Below, piece after piece: positions 1 through 13,239 of a DNA stretch of 64,000 bases. Within the stretch, counting starts at the first letter, position 1; each line of letters begins with the position of its first letter. This stretch comes from Eledone cirrhosa (Eukaryota). The stretch is from positions 107,818,001 through 107,882,000 of the forward strand of contig OZ024743.1 of NCBI GenBank assembly GCA_964016885.1, read 5' to 3'. Position numbers and translations under genes: made by a program. The notes under the pieces are model-generated. The model was not told the DNA's origin and made no database searches. It saw only the letters and a list, made by a program, of their open reading frames with translations.

Positions 1-1200
1 AGCCCCGCAAAGTGCTGCTGAAAGGCCGCGCACATTTGCTTGAGGTCAAGTAGCACGCGTCCGTTTTGGTCTTTCAAAGACCGAATCGTGGACTTGTTGC
101 CACTTTTCGCCTCCGCCACTTGGGCCCTGCTGACAGCTTTCGCTCCTTCGTTTTCTAGAGCACTTGTTTTGGTTCTGACCACGCAGCCTTCGTGTTTCGC
201 ATCGAAGAACTGGTCCAGTGCCGTTCTCGACGCTAACACTCTAGCCGCGTTGCCACTTCTAAGTTCCTCCTCTACCTTGGCTACTAGTTCTCTTTCTATT
301 TTGTTTTTCTCTAAGGCTAACTCTCTGCTAAAACCTATCGATTCTATTCTAATTGCTTTCTTGAGAGAGTACCACCAGTTATTGTTGACGATCTCTCCCG
401 TTAACTGTTGCTTGACTAGTCTACTTATCCGTTCACTGTAAGCTTTACCTGCCGGCAACGACACGTTCAGCTTCCAGTGTCCGGGACCTTGTCTATGTAT
501 TCTATCACGGTTGACTAAGCAGACGACTAATTTGTGATCTGAATAGGCAACCATGTGCATTGATGGACAGCTTAACATCTCCTTGTCCCTTTCTCTAATG
601 AAGAACCAATCTAAATACGATCTAGATGTCCCGTTGCGGTTTACCCACGTCCACTGTGGTGCAGTCAGAAAATCCAGTCGATACCTATCGGCCATTTGGA
701 ATTGGCCGATTAAAGTTTTGAGGCCGTTTCACCCACCTCTAATGGGACATGCTCCCACATAGTCCCATCTTGCATCTAGGATACCATTCCAGTGCCCCAC
801 TAAAAGTAAGGAGCGAGACGTTCCCAGAAAAGACTCTAGACGCTTAAAGAAGTCTGGCCGTGATTGCGATTGCCCGGTCGGGGCATAAACGTCCACCAGT
901 CTGAAGGCTCCACCTCCATTACTTTTCACGTCTAGGACTACCAGTCCAAGTGTACTTGCTGTACTTCGACGTCCAGGTTCTTCCGAAACATGACAGCCAT
1001 TCCTGGCTGACAGAGAGATGCGTAGATCTCGAAGTCGTCGAAGATGGGGGTTAGTTGCTGCCTTTTGTGGATCCTGGACTCGGTGATGGCTATCACATCC
1101 ATACCGTGTGACCTAAGGTCGTTTAAAAGTTGGCCCTGTTTCCAGATCATCCCTAGGCCACGCATATTAACGCTTCCAACTCGTAACCTAGAAATGTTGG
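1..1200 (-). pseudogene. ORF2 apurinic-like endonuclease domain plus linker, frameshifted
   Basis: ORFs 938..1165 and 729..929 carry APE motifs; WKLN motif near 470. Confidence 0.85.
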
Positions 1201-1720
1201 TGAAGAAGAGTTGGAGAAAAAGGACGAAAGGTGCACTTACCTTTTCTTTTCTTGGAGATCGGGTTGTTCAATCTGGGTGCTGGATGGGGTGTTGGGCAGC
1301 GTGGAGAAATATTTTAACAGGACGCGGTTGATGGGTTTCTGGCAGGGGTTTCCCACGTCCTGTGAAAATTTATTTTTCAGGTCAGTATAGGTTTCCATAG
1401 AAACCCTTATACGTTTAAGGTGCGGAGACTATTCTGGCCGTCTCCACCTTGGGATTTTGGGAGATGACCTCCATCAAACTCTTGTTGTGCTGTTTTTGTT
1501 GTGTTGTTTTAGTTTGTTGTTCGTCCGGGAGTTTTCTTTTGATAGTGGGTGCTTGTGTTTGGGGTGGTGTTGGTGTTGGTTTTGCTGGTAGGGGGATGTT
1601 TGACTGTGGTGTTGTTTGTGTCTGTAGTTGTGTGTTGGTGTTGGTGATTGGAGTTTTGGGGGTTTTGTGGTGTCTCTTTTTTTTGTTTTTTAGATTTCCG
1701 CGGCTCTCCCTCTTCTTCAC

Positions 1721-2161
1721 TTAAAGAAGGAGAAGCAGCTTCATCCGTCGATGAATAATCATCGTCAGGGGTATGCTGTGTGGTGGTGGTGTTTCGGTGT
1801 GTGTGTTTGTGGTAGTATTTGATGGAGTGGGATGGGGTGGGGCTGTGTTCTTCAGGGGTGTTGTCTCTGTTTTTTCTCTTGTTGTTGGTTGAGTGGCTGT
1901 TTGTTTTGGTGTCGTTGCTCGTTTCGTCTGTCGTTGTGCTTGTGGTGGTGGTGGTTGTTTTGGTGTTGGTGTTGGTAATAGTGTTTTTTTAATGATGTTG
2001 TTGTGGTGTGTTTGTGAAGGCCAATAGGCTTTTAGGTGTGCCGTGCTACCACAGCGAAAGCAATGAAATGTTCGTCCTTCTACCGAAATGTTTATTTTGT
2101 TGTTGTCGTCGATGACGACTCTTTCGGGTATTTTGGAGATTCTCTCCGGTCTCATTTGCAA
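1721..2161 (-). pseudogene. ORF1 remnant with a CCHC zinc knuckle and Pro/Thr-rich tail
   Basis: ORF track: ...INISVEGRTFHCFRCGSTAHLKAYWP... (last Cys mutated), upstream of the APE domain. Confidence 0.7.
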
Positions 2162-2354
2162 CAGAATCTCAAAATCAGTACCCGCCCATCTTTGTCTAAA
2201 GGGGCGAAAAATGGGATTACCACACAGCTGACAATTCAGCTTGGGGGTTAATCTACAAAATAATATGTTTTTTCAAACAATTTGTTCTGTTTTTCGTAAA
2301 TAAATTTACAAAAGATCTGACCGGCGATGTTCCACGCGTCAGGCAGAGAGAGAG

Positions 2355-2439
<85 letters not shown>

Positions 2440-4184
2440 TAGATAGTTATAATATGTTTTTTAAAACGATGAATATTTTTTAATCTGTGTGATATTTCGT
2501 CTGATTGTTTATAGACGATGCCTTGTCACTCATGCAAGAGAAATGCTTAGAAACGGTGACTGTTCTGTTAGACATCTTTAACCAACGACTCTAATGTTCA
2601 ACAAATACTACAAACAAAATCAAATAATATATATTTATTCAATTATTTTTTTTTGGCTTGAAAACAGAATCTTTTCAAAATGAGACTTCACTAATTATTG
2701 CGTTAATAGGAGGCATATATATTTTTTTCAAACAAGTTTCATATAATGGATTTTCTTTGATAAGGTACAAAGACCATTTATATTAAGACGAGATTGGGAA
2801 CTAATAATCATGTTTCCTTCAGTAAACTAATGTATCTGTTACAAGAAACCCTGTAAGTTCCCCTCTTGCTTTATGCCTCCTGCTGCTTACCGGCAAACGA
2901 TTAGAGAGCACTCTATAGCAGAAATGTTATTGCAGATGTGTATCTCGTGGTTTTAATATTGAATTGAAATGCTTTCATCTTTTCCTTTACAACATTCACA
3001 CAATTACTAGAGTGTGCTCAGTTAAAAGTACAAAATCTCAAGAAACGTACATATAATAAACTCCACAGAGATCTAAAATATAACACAAATCTCTCTCCAT
3101 GCATATTTATATACATGCATAATTATATACACCTACACATACATGCATACACATATACACACATACACGATTACACTTATGCCTACACACTATATACACA
3201 TACAGGATTACACTTATGCCTACACACTATAGGCCCACATACATGCATACAGTTACATATATACAAACACACATATACCCAGATATAGAAAGGAAATGAA
3301 TATATTATGTATGTATTTGAATATGGAATTTAATTTCATTTTGACATGTCACATATATATATATGCTGTACTTATATATCTTTATATTGTTGCTCTAAAC
3401 CACTAATTACGATATACCATGCCTACGTAGTTCTATAAATGTCTGACTGACAGAAATATGGTCGTGTGCCGAGAAGATACAGATTATTATCATATAGGTA
3501 TACACACACTCATACACACGTAAATATAAGTGACACAAACACACACACACACAAACACACACACACGTACACATACACACACACACACACATACATTCAT
3601 ATATATATATTTCAAAAGAATGTTGATGATAATTAGTTGTTATGTCGAAACTTCTTGAGCATAAGCCGGTCAAAGCGATCCTATAACACTTCACGTCAGT
3701 AGTTTATCCCAGCTAAGTTTTGGTGATTATCAAATACGAGTAGTTAAAACGGGATTAATTCACCATAATTGTTTATTGCATGATATATATTTCTGTGACA
3801 TGGTTATTCATGTGACTTCATTTGATTCTTACGCAATCGTAGGTACAGATATGCAAACATTGGGATATGCTGCTGGCCATACAACTATCCTGTAGTGATG
3901 GCAGCAGGCATATGAATCTCTTATCTATTAGATCTATATATCTAGAGCGGGTAAAATTCCCGTATATTTATATATATTTGCTATTCAAGTGAAGAAAGTT
4001 GGTTGATCAAATATATCCACTGACTTTGGTCGTTACCAGACCTAAAGCACTCTACGACATGTGTTCCTTAAATTATTATCGAAAAGGCACTAACGGAGTG
4101 TCGATATTAAAACCGTCTCTCTTCTTTATAACACACTCACATACACACAGACACACACACACAGACACGCGCGCGCGCACACAA

Positions 4185-4216
<32 letters not shown>

Positions 4217-4233
4217 ACACACACATACATACA

Positions 4234-4360
<127 letters not shown>

Positions 4361-4375
4361 ATTCAGAACAAGGGT

Positions 4376-4570
4376 GATCTCTGAAAATCACTATGGTTTC
4401 GGTTCATTAACATTGATTCTTTTCATTCCAGTGCACATTGGGACATATGAAAAGCGATAGAGAAAAATTGTGCCGTCAGCCGTATTGCGTAATCTGTTTT
4501 GTTGCCCCAATGTACATTGAAATGAACGGTATCAACATTAATCAACCGAAACCGTAGTGATTTCTAGAGA
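4376..4570. repeat. Imperfect inverted repeat (~65-bp arms); related copy at ~33700-33800
   Basis: tctctgaaaatcactatggtttcggtt...cacattggg versus cccaatgtacattg...aaccgaaaccgtagtgatttctagaga. 33703-33772 shares ccaatgtgcac..gaatgaacggt..aaaccgaagtg..gagatt. Confidence 0.65.
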
Positions 4571-4821
4571 TTGACTAGGAGACGTGACTGTTCGTCTTTT
4601 CGTTGATTTTTCCAGTGTATTTGTACTGTGCACCCCCTATTTTGAATAAATATTCTAAAGATATAGTCATGCTGGTTTTATGAAACTATATCTAAATATA
4701 TATACACAGTTCAAGAGTAACCAAACTTAAAGAGAGAGATGGAGATAGGAGAGGAGATAGGAGAGGATATATATGTGTGTGTGTGTGTGTGTGTACAGAG
4801 AAAGAGAAAGAGAGCGAGAGA

Positions 4822-4869
<48 letters not shown>

Positions 4870-6561
4870 TTGGTATATCAAGCAATTATGAAAGCAAAAA
4901 TTTATGTAAGCGTTTATGCTAACATTTATGTAAACAACATTTTTTATATGAGTTCATATAATTTATTTTATATGCGGTGTGCGTATGTGTGAGTGTGTCC
5001 GTGTATAATTGAGCAGATATTCGAAAGAAACGCAGTACAACGCAAATAAAAGTACATACAAACACTCCAACACTAATAATAAAAACAACACAACGGCACT
5101 CACCAATATCAATAACGAAAACAATGCAAACTATAATAAAAATCATAATATTCACAGTGGCAAAACATCAGCAGATAACACAAGGTAACATAGAAAAAAA
5201 CAGTATAAACATATAATAACATAAGAAATATAGAAACGTAAAATGAAATGAGACCATAACTGCTACACAACAACATCAGACATATTTTATTATAAGCCGC
5301 TGGCTGGCATTGGCGGACATTGGCTGTTAATGGCAAGCAATGGTGGACAATGGCTGTCTGGCTAGCTCTTTGGTTGGCAAGCTTGTTGGAGATATTTTTA
5401 TATTTATGTTATAATGAGTCCCTAATTTGTCTACTTAGAACAACAGTAATAAAAGCCCAGAAGGAAGAAACATTTTTTTTTTTTTTTTTTTTTTTTTTTT
5501 CTTTTTACAATTCTTAAATTCTATTTTCTTTATTTTTATCATTTATTATATATTTGTTTCTTTTTTCCACTCCGCATTTCGGAAAATTCAGTGGAAAGTA
5601 TTCCCTAAGTTTGTGGACGTGAGGTAGTGTTGTTGATAATAGTAGTGATGGTGATGCTGCTGGTAGCGGTGTGTGTAGTATATATATATATATACTACAC
5701 ACATCGCTATGTGAGTGTGTGTGTGTTTGTGTGTAAGATATGTGCGAGTATTATATGAGTATATTTGTGTATATTCAGATGTATATATAAATATATGCCT
5801 ACCATTATTTCAAAAACAGCATCTCTTGCTCGAAGGATATTTCTTTCTAAAGATATATAGATATAATTCTTTTTTACTTTCTGTCTTCTCTTACAAGCTG
5901 ACCTTTGCTTGGCAAAAGAACCGCGCTGACCTCTGCACATATCTGGCCAAAAGTCTAACGGATATGAAATGGAGAGAATAAACGCATGAATTTTGATTAC
6001 GCAACAACAACAAAAACAACAACAGTAGTAGTAGTATTAGTACAACTACTACTACTACTGCTGCTGCTGCTTTTGCTTCTGCTGCTACTGCTGCTACTGC
6101 TGCTACTGCTGCTGCTGTAATAAAAATGTATGTATATCAAATTGTATATTGAATGTAAACTAACGGTAAATTTAAAACTGGCAAACACATGCGAGGAAAG
6201 TGAGAACAAACTTAAAGGGGCACATAAGTAAATGCTTATAGACAGACACACATACTTACAAATACTGACACACAAACACACATACGAACATTCACTTCAC
6301 ATACACTATCTCTCTCTATATATATATACACACACAGACACAGACACACACACACGCGCACATACGCACGCACACACACGCACACATATATATATATATG
6401 TATATATCTTCCACTTTTTAAAAAAAAGTATATCATATACAAAACGCCAGCATCCACAATTTTCCAAGTGATGACAACACGAATGGACTGTCATTTTTAA
6501 AAATATATTTCTCTCGATTCCACCCCGCCCGTCCCTTCAATCTTTCTAATTTCTCCTTGTT

Positions 6562-6597
6562 TCTTATGATGAAGAGCTAGCATCCGAAACGTTAAGA
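6562..6597 (+). ncRNA. Minimal type I hammerhead ribozyme relic (PLE type; C3->A)
   Basis: TCTT-ATGATGA-AGAGCTAGCATCC-GAAACGTT-AAGA: stem I TCTT/AAGA and palindromic stem III AACGTT. Same family as 61513-61548. Confidence 0.6.
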
Positions 6598-6628
6598 CCC
6601 TCTTCCTGCCACACACACACACACACAC

Positions 6629-7904
6629 CTAAAGTCTCCCAGGTTGGCCACAACTTACTTTCCCTATTTTTCCACGGTTACTTTTTTGCATGTTTCTTTC
6701 ACCTGTGTCTTCCCACGATGGAACCTGTACACTTTTTTTCTCCTATTTCTTTCCTATGTTACCCCTTTTCCCCTTTCTTCCTCTCTCCTCATCTTTTTCC
6801 CCCTGTTCTCCCCCTTTCCCTCTCTTTCCTTTTCTCTCTCCTTTTTTCTCCACTTTTTTTTCTCCCTTCCTCTCTCCTTTTCCACATGGCCTTTTGATTA
6901 ATAAAAGGCCTCGGGCGCACCCGAACTACACCGATGTCCTGTAATTCAGCGCCGAAAAATCGGTTCGGGAAACATTTACAGCTGACGATGGAAACTCCTT
7001 TCTTCCTTTCTCCTCCTGTTCCGTCCTAACCCCCATCCTAAACCTTGTTTTTAGTAACCACACAGCTCCTTTCGTTTCATAACATTTGTATTTAACGCTG
7101 TGACTCTACCTGCTTTGGTCGATCTATGATCCCTCCACACTTTCGCATCGACACTCCCTTCTTTCTTCCCTTCTCTTCCTCACTCTCGTTTTTTTTCCTG
7201 TCTCCCTCTCTCTCTTTATCAATCCGTTCGGTTTTGATTGTTGACATGTTTACACGTGCCGTAGTGGACTCTCTGTCTGCTATCTTTGTGGCACGTTTTT
7301 AACACCGGCGTAAAAAAAAAACTCTGGATTATCTCCCTTTCCCTTCCCCCTCCTCACTTTTGGTTTCCCGTGTCTCTCTCTCACTTTCTCCTATCTCTGT
7401 GAGAGGCAGCACGATTATACCAGCTCTGAGTCGTAGCTGACCACCAGGCTAAAGACTCCCAGGTTGCCCACAACTTACTTTCTCTATTTTTCCACGGTTA
7501 CTTCTTTGCATGTTTCTTTCACCTGTGTCTTCCCACGATGGGACATGTGCACTTTTTGTTTCTCCTATTCCTTTACTATTTTTCCCCCTTTCCCCTTTCT
7601 TCCTCTATCCTTACCTTTTCCCCCCTGTTCTTCCTCTTTTCCCTCTCTTTCCTTTTCTCTCTCCTTTTTTCTCCACTTTTTTCTCTCTTTCTCTCTCCTT
7701 TTCCACCTGGTCTTTTGATTAATAAAAGGCTTCGGGCGCACCCGAGCTACACCGATGTCCTGTAATTCAGCGCCGAAACATCGGTTCTGGAAACATTTAT
7801 AGCCAACGATGGAAATCCCTTTCTTCCTTTCTCCTCCTGTTCCGTCCTAACCAACATCCTAAACCTTGTTTTTAGTAACCACACAGCTCCTTTCGTTTCA
7901 TAAC
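6629..7904. repeat. Direct repeat pair (~455 bp, period 820): 6629-7083 and 7449-7904, pyrimidine-rich and LTR-like
   Basis: Both copies start ctaaag(t/a)ctcccaggttg and end cagctcctttcgtttcataac, with a shared hairpin cccgaactacaccgatgt...atcggttc. Confidence 0.85.
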
Positions 7905-7929
7905 TTTATATATATATATCGTGAAATAA

Positions 7930-9870
7930 CACCGTGTAACATATTTTTTGTTCCCCGGTTCTGAGTGTTATTTCATGGTTTGTAATATCCCATTATTATA
8001 AAAAAACACTATTATTTAATCAGAAGTTTGAGTTTGTGGTCAGGAGATTGCTATTTTGAAATGTTCATATTTTTCAAGAAAAAGCACATTTTCTTTTTAA
8101 TTTATCAGTTCATATAATTAAATCAATAGAGTATATATTTATTTTATTACACAAGCTTATCAAAAGCAAACAATTAAAAACAAATAACACTTATAAAGCA
8201 ACTTATACACGTCAGAAATGACTGGATTTGCGGTTGTAGTCCAGGTCGCATTCTCGCACTAGCCACCAGATATAGTCCCCCATCATTTTTTCATTGTAGT
8301 GGCCCTGGTACCTCCACTCTATCTCTTTCACATCTTGGTGGAATCGTTCGCCTTGTTCTTCTGAGTAGGCGCCCATATTGTCCTTCAATTTTTCCAGGTG
8401 AGCGTCCAGCATATGGAGTTTAAGCGACATCCTGCATCCCATGGCGCCAAAAGACTTTATCAGATCCTGCACCAGTTGCTGGTAGTTTTCAGCTCTGTAG
8501 TTGCCCAGGAAGCCCTTAACAGCTTCTTTGAAACAGTTCCATGCTGTTCTCTCAATCTTATTGAGCTTATTGGAGAACTCGGTAGACTCAAGCACCTTCT
8601 TTATCTGAGGTCCAGCAAAAATTCCACCTTTGATTTTGGCCTCAGATAACTTGGGGAAGAACTCAAGAAGGTACTTAGCGGCTGATTCTTGGTTGAGAGC
8701 CTTCACAAACTGCTTCATCAACCCCAACTTGATATGCAGTGGTGGCATGAGCACAATCCTGGGATCAACCAGTGGCTCCCATATGACGTTCCGGGTCCCA
8801 ACTAAAAATTCTGTTCGCTGCTCCCAGTTCGTTCTTTTGTAGTGGTCAGAGGTGACTCTGCTGTTCCAAAGGCAGAGGAAGCATTGGTATTTGATAAAGC
8901 CTCCTTGGAGTCCAAGCAGGAAAGCCACCATCTTGAAGTCTCCAATGATTTCCCAATTGTACTGGTTGTATTGCAGAGCTTCCAAGTGGACTTTCACACT
9001 GTAGTAATCTTCCTTCAGGCAGACTGAATGTGCTAGGGGGAGTGTCGGGAACTTGTTTCCATTGTGGAGGAGGACAGCCTTCAAACTTGTGGTGGAGCTG
9101 TCTATAAATAGCTGCCACTCCTTGGGCACAAACGGCACCCAATAACGTCAAACAGTCCAGGCACGTCATGGCAGAAGCAGAGGCCATCCATAAGAGAGTA
9201 AAAGCTTGAGAAAGGTTCGTGTCGACTTCTCTGACTTGTCACCTACACTTCCTCCTTGAGCAAGTTCCACTGCTTAATCCTGGAGACGAATAGCTCTGCA
9301 TTGGACTTGGTCAGACCCATATCACTGACCAAGTCATTAACTTCTTTTTGGTTTGGGAAATGAGGAACTTTTTCTGGTACTTTAGGCAGGTAATCCAAGT
9401 CCTCAGCATCCGTCTCCTCCTCTTCATCGGAATACTTGTCTTGGAAAATAAATTTGATATGCAATACAAATAAATTTGGAAAGGGAAATACATATTTAAA
9501 CAATATAAAAGAACACTAATCATACTAATGAAAATTCGTGCTTAAAACACAACTTACCCTTTATTCAGGTTGCAAAATCCAGTATCAATAAATCTCTTTA
9601 ATCCACTTTTTAACAATTTTATACTTTATTGCACTTTTATAATTTTCTGAAACATATATTAAAAAAATCATTTAACATAAGCAAATTAAACTTACATACA
9701 ACGTAAAATACACCATACAAATTATTCTAGCGAATAGCTTAGAATGTTTACAAACCCAAACATTTAACTGTTTCATACCACTTTTTTTTATATATTTGGG
9801 ACCTAAGCAACACAGAAAAAAGTGATAACAAGCCAGGAACAGAGAAAAAATTTGTTTTTGTTACACGGTG
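7930..9870 (-). mobile_element. Chapaev3-type (CMC superfamily) DNA transposon, internally deleted
   Basis: 12-bp TIRs CACCGTGTAACA (7930-7941) and TGTTACACGGTG (9859-9870); 3-bp TSD TAA (7927-7929, 9871-9873); transposase inside. Confidence 0.88.
8212..9440 (-). pseudogene. DDE transposase (Chapaev3-like): intact catalytic-domain ORF 8212..9138 plus disrupted upstream segment
   Basis: LFIDSS..SLKAVLLHNGN, GDFKM, CFLC, PPLHIKLGLMKQFVKAL, GPQIK, SLKLHMLDAH, SEEQGERFHQD (CxxC, LH and H-x4-H motifs of CMC/Transib enzymes). The upstream piece reads PHFPNQKEVNDLVSDMGLTKSNAELFVSRIKQWNLL. A possible GTAAG donor lies near 9553-9557. Confidence 0.85.
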
Positions 9871-10017
9871 TAATTATTTCCTCTAGGTGACACCTCCAAT
9901 TCTAACTTCAATATACGGATTCAGATGTAGTCTAATGCGTAATCGATTTCAGAATACCTCCAGAAGATTTTGGCCCAACACTGTATATTTTCCTATCTAC
10001 ATACACAAACACATACA

Positions 10018-10124
<107 letters not shown>

Positions 10125-10169
10125 ATATATATACATACATATGTGTGTGTGTATGTGTGTGCGCGTGTA

Positions 10170-10200
<31 letters not shown>

Positions 10201-11696
10201 ATGTGTGTGAGTGTCTGTAGTGGGTTGTGTCTTTGGGGGGTTATATTCCAAGAAGGTCTACGCTTCGGGTTATTTATTTTATGCTGGTTATTTTCCTATA
10301 ACATCATGTATGTGGAAATGTTGAGATTTTAAATCCATATGTGTATTAACGTTTCGAAGAATTCGCGGCATATCCACATGATCAGAACTGTCATACCAGT
10401 GACATATTAGTCACGTGCTTAGCTGCGGTTGCAGAATGTCATACGTTTGACAGGAGGTCAAAGATGCAAGATTTTAAATTTCTCATTGGCATCTGTGCTT
10501 TTGTGTGCGTTTAAATATATATATGTATATATGAAAACAAGAAGTGTAAGTTAACATGTTAAAATTAACTTCCTTTATCCATATTCGCTGTTTTATATAT
10601 TTCGGTGAAACAATTATCCAAAATCTATGGCCTCATGCGACAGCTAGAACTTGAAGAGAAAAGACAGAAGATCATAATGATGGCACAAAGTTTACCACTG
10701 TTATTTCGATCTTGTGATATGCCCGGTTCTAAAGTACGGTATTGTTTTCTCAAAGAACTGGGGCATATCATATGTATATATACATATTTTTCAACTTTCT
10801 AAAGGTTTAGCTCCCACCCTCGTATCTTGTTTCAATTAACAAAGTACTTTACCTCAAGCAGATAACTGCAAGGCAACCCTCATCGACTGTGAAATGTTAA
10901 AGTTTTCGCCCGGAAAGTTATTTTCTCAGATAAAATTATTTTATCTCATATAATTTCCTCTTAAATTAAAAACTGTTCAGGCTTATTCTTGGTATTAGAA
11001 GGATAAATGACAATAAATATAATGGGGAAGGCAACTTGTAAAGCTGGGACCGAGCGCAGTAATTGGGCAAACACTTATTTTCGCTGTGGGATTAGCTTTA
11101 GGAAAATTACCTATTGCTAAGGGCTACCCTAATATACATATATCTGTATGTGGTTGACAGCTGAGAGAAATGACCAGTGGGTATTGAGTAATATATATAT
11201 ATATAAATGAAAAGAGAGAAATTAATGTGAGCAAGAAGCCAACAGTATTTCATAATATATAAGTGACTATAACGTCAAGATGGAAAATATTTAACGTAAG
11301 ATATGGGAAAATAATTCAAAACTCAATTTTTAAAAAATCAAGACAAATTTTATCCACAGATTTAGTGAAATCCAGGGAAAAAAAAACAATGGAATAAAAT
11401 TAAGGTTAAATACTCATCCTTCAATTTGGAAAAACTACAAATGCTCTATATAGTCTTGAAAATCTATTTCACGAAACTTTTCAGTGGGATTAGTCACGGT
11501 TAGAGTCGTTCATCAGTAGAGCTCAAACACGATAACCCTAAGATCACTGCTAAAATATACCAGAAAGGGAATTTAAAAGCAGGCTAGTGCACCTCTTGTG
11601 GAATTATGAAAATAAACACACATGGAGAACATAGCTAGTGACGTCAGACCACATACGGATATATGTATATTAGCCCTTAGTAATTTTCCAAAAGTC

Positions 11697-13060
11697 AGGA
11701 GAAAAGAAGAGCAAGAAAAAAGGAGAACAATGAGGGGAAGGAGAAAAGAGAGCAAGCAGAGCAACGAGAAAAGGAGAAAAGGAGAAAAGGAGAGGAAGAA
11801 GGGCAATGAGAAAGGGAGAGCAAGTATAAAAGGAGAACAAGGAGAGGGGGTATAACAGGAGAGCAAGGAGAGGAATGGTAAATGGAGGTCCAGGAGAGCA
11901 AGGAGAGCAATGAGAAAATGAGATCAAGGAGAGCTATGAGAAAAAGAGAGCAAGGAGGGGAAGGAGAAAAGGAGAGGATTGAGAGCAAAGAGAGCAAGGA
12001 AGAAAGCAGAGCAAGGAGATAAATGAGAAAAGGCGAGCAATGAAAGGAAGGAGAAAAGATAGCAAGGAGAGCAATGATAAAAGGAGAGAGGGAGAGCAAG
12101 GAGGGCAATGAGAAAAGGAAAATAAGGAGAGGAAGAATAACAGGAGAGAGAGGAGAGGAAGGAGAGGAAGGAGAAAAGGAGAGCAAGGAGAGCAATGTTA
12201 AAAGAGAGCGAGGAGAGAAATGAGAAAAGGAGAGCAAGGAGAGCAAGGAGAAAGGGAGAGCAAGGAGAGCAATGAGAAAAAGGAGAGCAAGGAGACCTAT
12301 GAGAAAAGGAGAGCAAGGAGAGCAATGAGAAAATGAGAGCAAGGAGGGGAAGGAGAAAGGGAGAGCAAAGAGGGCAATGTGAAAATGAGAGCAAGGAGGG
12401 CAATAAGAAAAGGAGAGCAAGGAGAGCAATGAGAGCCATGAAAAGGGAAAGTAAGGAGAAAAGGAAAAGAAGTAAAAAAGGAGAACAAGGGGAGCAATGA
12501 GAAAAGGAGAGCGAGGATAGCAATGAGAAAAGGACAGCAAGGATAGCAATGAGAAAAGGAGAGCAAGGAGAGCAATGAGAAAAGAAGAGCAAGGAGAGCA
12601 ATGGGAAAAAGAGAGCAAGGAGAGCTATGAGAAAAGGAGAGCAAAGAGAGCTATGAGAAAAGGAGAGCAAGGATAAAAGGAGTGCAAGGGGAAAGGTAGA
12701 GCAAGGGGAGCAGTGTGAAAATGAGAGCAAGGAGAGCAAGGAGGGCAATAAGAAAAGGAGAGCAAGGAGAGCTATGAGAAAAGGAGAGCAAAGAGAGCTA
12801 TGAGAAAAGGAGAGCAAAGAGAGCTATGAGAAAAGGAGAGCAAAGAGAGCTATGAGAAAAGGAGAGCAAGGATAAAAGGAGTGCAAGGAGAAAGGGAGAG
12901 CAAGGGAGCAGTGTGAAAATGAGAGCAAGGAGAGCAAGGAGGGCAATAAAAAAGGAGAGCAAGGAGAGCAATGAGAGCCATGAAAAAGGGAGAGCAAGGA
13001 GAAAAGGAAAAGAAGGAAAAAAAGGAGAGCAAGGGGAGCAATGAGAAAAGCAGAGCAGAA
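11697..13060. repeat. Polypurine minisatellite (~26-bp degenerate unit GAGCAAGGAGAGCAATGAGAAAAGGA)
   Basis: Dozens of diverged copies; the + strand is almost entirely A/G. Confidence 0.9.
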
Positions 13061-13061
13061 G

Positions 13062-13215
13062 GATGATCCTGATTACAAAGGTGGACTTGAAAAACTTGAG
13101 AAGACAGTTGTTGTGAATGATGTTGCAGAAAGAGGTGTCAAACTCATTCAGGATTACAATAATATTCTCACAAAAGATGAAACTGAGCAACAAATTGTTT
13201 TACTGATCGATACCG
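13062..13215 (+). pseudogene. C-terminal fragment of a DNA transposase (hAT-like assignment tentative)
   Basis: DDPDYKGG...VVVNDVAERGVKLIQDYNNILTKDETEQQ: a VNDxAERGVK motif around the catalytic Glu of a common animal DDE transposase family. Confidence 0.5.
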
Positions 13216-13239
13216 AAAGCCGGTTTGGTATGCCCGAGA

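Larger units (their letters stand above)
1..2345 (-). mobile_element. Degenerate non-LTR retrotransposon, L1/Tx1 clade (ORF1 remnant + ORF2 N-terminus; runs off the window start)
   Basis: The minus strand encodes a gag-like knuckle CFRCGSTAHLKAY, then APE motifs (VNMRGL, DVIAITES, VYAPT, LLLVGHWN..LD, SDHKLV), the L1/Tx1 motif GPGHWKLNVSL (~465-490) and a typical linker (GCVVRTK...NKSTIRSLKDQNG). It has frameshifts and stops. The 5' end abuts a (GA)n/(TC)n tract. Confidence 0.85.

Noticed and set aside
11695-12817. ~300-aa Leu/Ser/Phe-rich ORFs resembling membrane proteins
   Set aside because: They are the antisense reading of the polypurine minisatellite, which lacks stops for compositional reasons.
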